55,716 nucleotides of DNA from Patescibacteria group bacterium. GTDB taxonomy: Bacteria > Patescibacteriota > Patescibacteriia > UBA1558 > GWA2-36-10. The notes beneath the pieces are model-generated. The model was not told the origin of the DNA. It searched no databases and saw only the letters and a program-made list of their open reading frames with translations. The stretch spans positions 1 through 55,716 of the forward strand of contig JBAYIR010000007.1 in the NCBI GenBank assembly GCA_041665505.1, given 5' to 3'. This document shows, in pieces, positions 53,261 through 55,716 of the stretch; within the stretch, counting starts at the first letter, position 1; the number at the start of each line of letters is the position of its first letter. The translations under genes were made by a program, and so were the position numbers.

Positions 53261-54277
53261 ATGAAGAAAATATTTAAAAAGAAAAAAATTTGGTTGCTTA
53301 TCATCATTATATTTTTAATATGGCTTTTTAAAGTCGCTGATAATTATCCCAGAAAAATTACGCTGTCAGCTAAAGAGGATTTTTGGGGAGTGACCTATTC
53401 TCCTAAATTTGCCCAGGAATTAGGGCTAGATTGGCAAGAAGCATATTTGGCTATTATTGATGATTTGCAAGTAAAAAATATTCGCATACCAATTTATTGG
53501 GATCAGATAGAAGCCACCGAGGGCGAATATGATTTTTCTAAGTATGATTATATTTTTGATGAGGGTAAAAAAAGAAATGTGGAATTTATTGCTAATATTG
53601 GTTGGCGTTTACCTCGTTGGCCAGAATGTCATGCACCTAGTTGGGTCGATCAATCTGACCTTTCAGCCACTAAAGCGCGAACCATTGGTATGCTAGAAAA
53701 AACTATTGAGCATTTTAAGGACCGAGAGGAGATAGTGGCTTGGCAAGTAGAAAATGAACCTCTATTTGATTGGTTTGGCAAGTGTCCAAAAGGGGATAAG
53801 GAATTTTTGGAAAATGAAATTAGTTTTGTTAAAAGTTTAGATGACAGTCGTCCCATTGTTATTTCTGCCTCAGGAGAGCTTTCTTCTTGGAGACAAGAAG
53901 GAAATATGTCTGATATCTTTGGTACCACTATGTATCGGGTAGTTTGGAATCCTGTTTTTAAGTATATTCGTTATCCAATTCCAGCTGTGTATTATCAAGC
54001 TAAAGCCTGGTTTTTTGGTATAGCTAATGAGAGAACTATAGTTTCAGAATTACAAGCTGAACCTTGGGTGCCAGAAGGAACTTTGGCTAATTTGTCTTTT
54101 GATGAATTTGACAAATCATTTTCTATTGAACAGTTTAAAGCTAATATGCAATTTGCCATTAATGTTAATTTTAAACAAACTTATTTATGGGGAGTAGAGT
54201 GGTGGTATTTACAAAAGCAAATGGAGCATCCAGAATATTGGGATGTGGCTAGAAGTGTCTTTAGAAACGCCAAATAA
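53261..54277 (+). CDS. glycoside hydrolase, TIM-barrel (GH5/GH42-like), membrane-anchored
   Basis: N-terminal TM helix, plus IPIYWDQIEATEGEYDF and WQVENEP motifs. Confidence 0.55.
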   Translation: MKKIFKKKKIWLLIIIIFLIWLFKVADNYPRKITLSAKEDFWGVTYSPKFAQELGLDWQEAYLAIIDDLQVKNIRIPIYWDQIEATEGEYDFSKYDYIFDEGKKRNVEFIANIGWRLPRWPECHAPSWVDQSDLSATKARTIGMLEKTIEHFKDREEIVAWQVENEPLFDWFGKCPKGDKEFLENEISFVKSLDDSRPIVISASGELSSWRQEGNMSDIFGTTMYRVVWNPVFKYIRYPIPAVYYQAKAWFFGIANERTIVSELQAEPWVPEGTLANLSFDEFDKSFSIEQFKANMQFAINVNFKQTYLWGVEWWYLQKQMEHPEYWDVARSVFRNAK

Positions 54278-54372
54278 AGCTTAAAAATAATTTTGTAAAA
54301 GCATCATTTTATAAATGATGCTTTTTCTTGTTTTTGAAGCTTAATTCTGTTATAATTTAGTGACTATTATTA

Positions 54373-55716
54373 ATGATTACTAGAGTGATAAAAAATAACA
54401 AAATAGCTATTTTTGGTCTTTTTTTCTTGTTTTGGGCCACCAATGTTCAGGCTTTTACACAAACTTACACGCCGACTGATCCAAATATGGTCTATCAGAC
54501 TTATTTTGATATGATAAATATTAGTCCTAGTTGGTCCAGCGAACTAAAAGTTAACAAAGAAGTAGTAGTAGCAGTGCTTGATTCGGGAGTGGATCTAGAC
54601 CATCCAGATTTAGTGGACAATATTTGGGTCAACACAGAAGAAATAGCTGGAGATGGTATAGATAATGATAAAAATTCTTATATTGATGACCGTTTTGGTT
54701 GGGATTTTGTTTCTTCTGATAATGATCCCGAACCAGATATAAGTGGCAGTTATGATTTTACAGCCATTAATCACGGTACAATTGTGGCTGGTATTATTTC
54801 AGCTACCGCTAATCAAAGTGGGATAGTGGGTATTGCTCCTCGAGCCAAAATTATGCCACTAAAAATTTTGGATGCTCAGGGTATGGGTAATACTTTAGTT
54901 TTATCTCAAGCTATTGATTATGCAGTAGAAAATGGTGCGGATATCATAAATTTAAGTTTAGTTGGTGATACTTACGGTGATAATCTAGAAAAATCAATTA
55001 CCAATGCTTATGATCAAGGAGTTATGATTATTGCTGCTTCTGGTAATGAAGAAAGTTTAGGTCTGGATTTAGATATTAGTCCACGTTATCCAATTTGTGA
55101 TATTGACGGTGTCAATAGAGTGTTAGGGGTAGCGGCTTTAGATAGTAAAGAATTATTGGCTACTTTTTCCAATTATGGAGAAACTTGTATTGATATTTCA
55201 GCGCCAGGTACAGAATTTTATTCAACTGTTTACAATGATCCAAATAATGCAGAATTTAAGCAATATTATCGTGGTGGTTGGAATGGCACCTCAGTAGCCG
55301 CACCAATTGTAGCTGCGACAGCCGCTCTTATTAAAAGTAGTTTCCCCAATCTCAGGCCTTACGATATATATACTATTATTAGTTCTAGTGCCAAAGACCT
55401 TAGAATATCCAATCCACTTTATCATGTAGATTTAGGTAGTGGTTTGATTGATATTGGTGCGGCTCTAAATTTGGCTGAGAATTATTATAATAATTCTATC
55501 AATATAGTTTTAGGTCCACAAAAAGGTCTAAAGCCGGAAATACTTTTATTAGATGTAAAAGGAGCATTGGAAAATGTATTTTTGGCTTATAATGCCAATT
55601 TTACTGGTGGAGTCAATATAGCGGTCGGTGATGTTGATGGTGACGGTCAAGAAGAAATAGTGACTGCTCCTATGGCTGGTGGCGGACCGCATATCAAAGT
55701 TTTTACTAAATCTGGC
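54373..55716 (+). CDS. S8 (subtilisin-family) serine peptidase with FG-GAP/VCBS-like C-terminal repeats, 3' end outside window
   Basis: Not in the ORF track because there is no stop before the window end. Signal peptide and catalytic D (VAVLDSGVD), H (HGTIVAG) and S (GTSVAAP). The frame is open to base 55716. Confidence 0.88.
   Translation, partial: MITRVIKNNKIAIFGLFFLFWATNVQAFTQTYTPTDPNMVYQTYFDMINISPSWSSELKVNKEVVVAVLDSGVDLDHPDLVDNIWVNTEEIAGDGIDNDKNSYIDDRFGWDFVSSDNDPEPDISGSYDFTAINHGTIVAGIISATANQSGIVGIAPRAKIMPLKILDAQGMGNTLVLSQAIDYAVENGADIINLSLVGDTYGDNLEKSITNAYDQGVMIIAASGNEESLGLDLDISPRYPICDIDGVNRVLGVAALDSKELLATFSNYGETCIDISAPGTEFYSTVYNDPNNAEFKQYYRGGWNGTSVAAPIVAATAALIKSSFPNLRPYDIYTIISSSAKDLRISNPLYHVDLGSGLIDIGAALNLAENYYNNSINIVLGPQKGLKPEILLLDVKGALENVFLAYNANFTGGVNIAVGDVDGDGQEEIVTAPMAGGGPHIKVFTKSG

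Noticed and set aside
1-55716. Alternative genetic code (UGA recoding, as in some CPR lineages)
   Set aside because: TGA closes several well-defined host ORFs (for example 27804-27806, 33698-33700 and 49333-49335). The conserved proteins I translated by hand (rpmG and the S8 peptidase) read through without internal stops, and every conserved protein the ORF track supplies is a single continuous ORF under the standard code.

Overview
The window is AT-rich chromosomal DNA: I counted 18/60 G+C in bases 20281-20340. It comes from a streamlined bacterium. Short HrcA/UvrB/UvrC, start codons mostly without Shine-Dalgarno (SD) sequences, a type IV pilin-like gene and many small membrane proteins suggest a Patescibacteria/CPR-like organism. 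That assignment is inference, because no rRNA is in the window. TGA is used as a stop codon, so the code is standard.

Core content, in order:
- a MacAB-like ABC efflux operon
- a CIRCE-controlled hrcA-grpE-hsp20-(zinc-ribbon ORF)-dnaK-dnaJ cluster, then idi
- tRNA-Thr, rpmG (missed by the ORF track), a GIY-YIG ORF and tRNA-Trp
- an SDR, an M23 peptidase, an FKBP and mgtE
- eno-gpmI-pyk
- a ParB-fold plus HNH nuclease
- msrB and envelope genes
- rlmN and uvrB-uvrA-uvrC
- a SAM-I riboswitch with metK, and HU
- a glycosyltransferase / OLD-nuclease / DMT / glycosidase operon
- a 3'-truncated S8 protease

The outstanding signal is five GC-rich islands: about 13217-14745, 17288-19476, 32640-33062, 40405-40990 and 44180-46106. 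I counted 39/60 G+C in bases 18541-18600. The islands are wedged between core genes and organised as 9 autonomous cassettes. Each cassette has a near-consensus sigma70 promoter in AT-rich DNA, strong SD sites, one to three small ORFs, and a perfect GC hairpin terminator. Together they hold 14 ORFs of 44-202 aa. I cannot place any of them in a known family by eye.

Island E has three tandem cassettes that share a leaderless mini-ORF and an attenuator-like leader. I saw no integrase, transposase, reverse transcriptase, CRISPR array or rRNA. All family calls come from motif recognition by eye; no searches were run.
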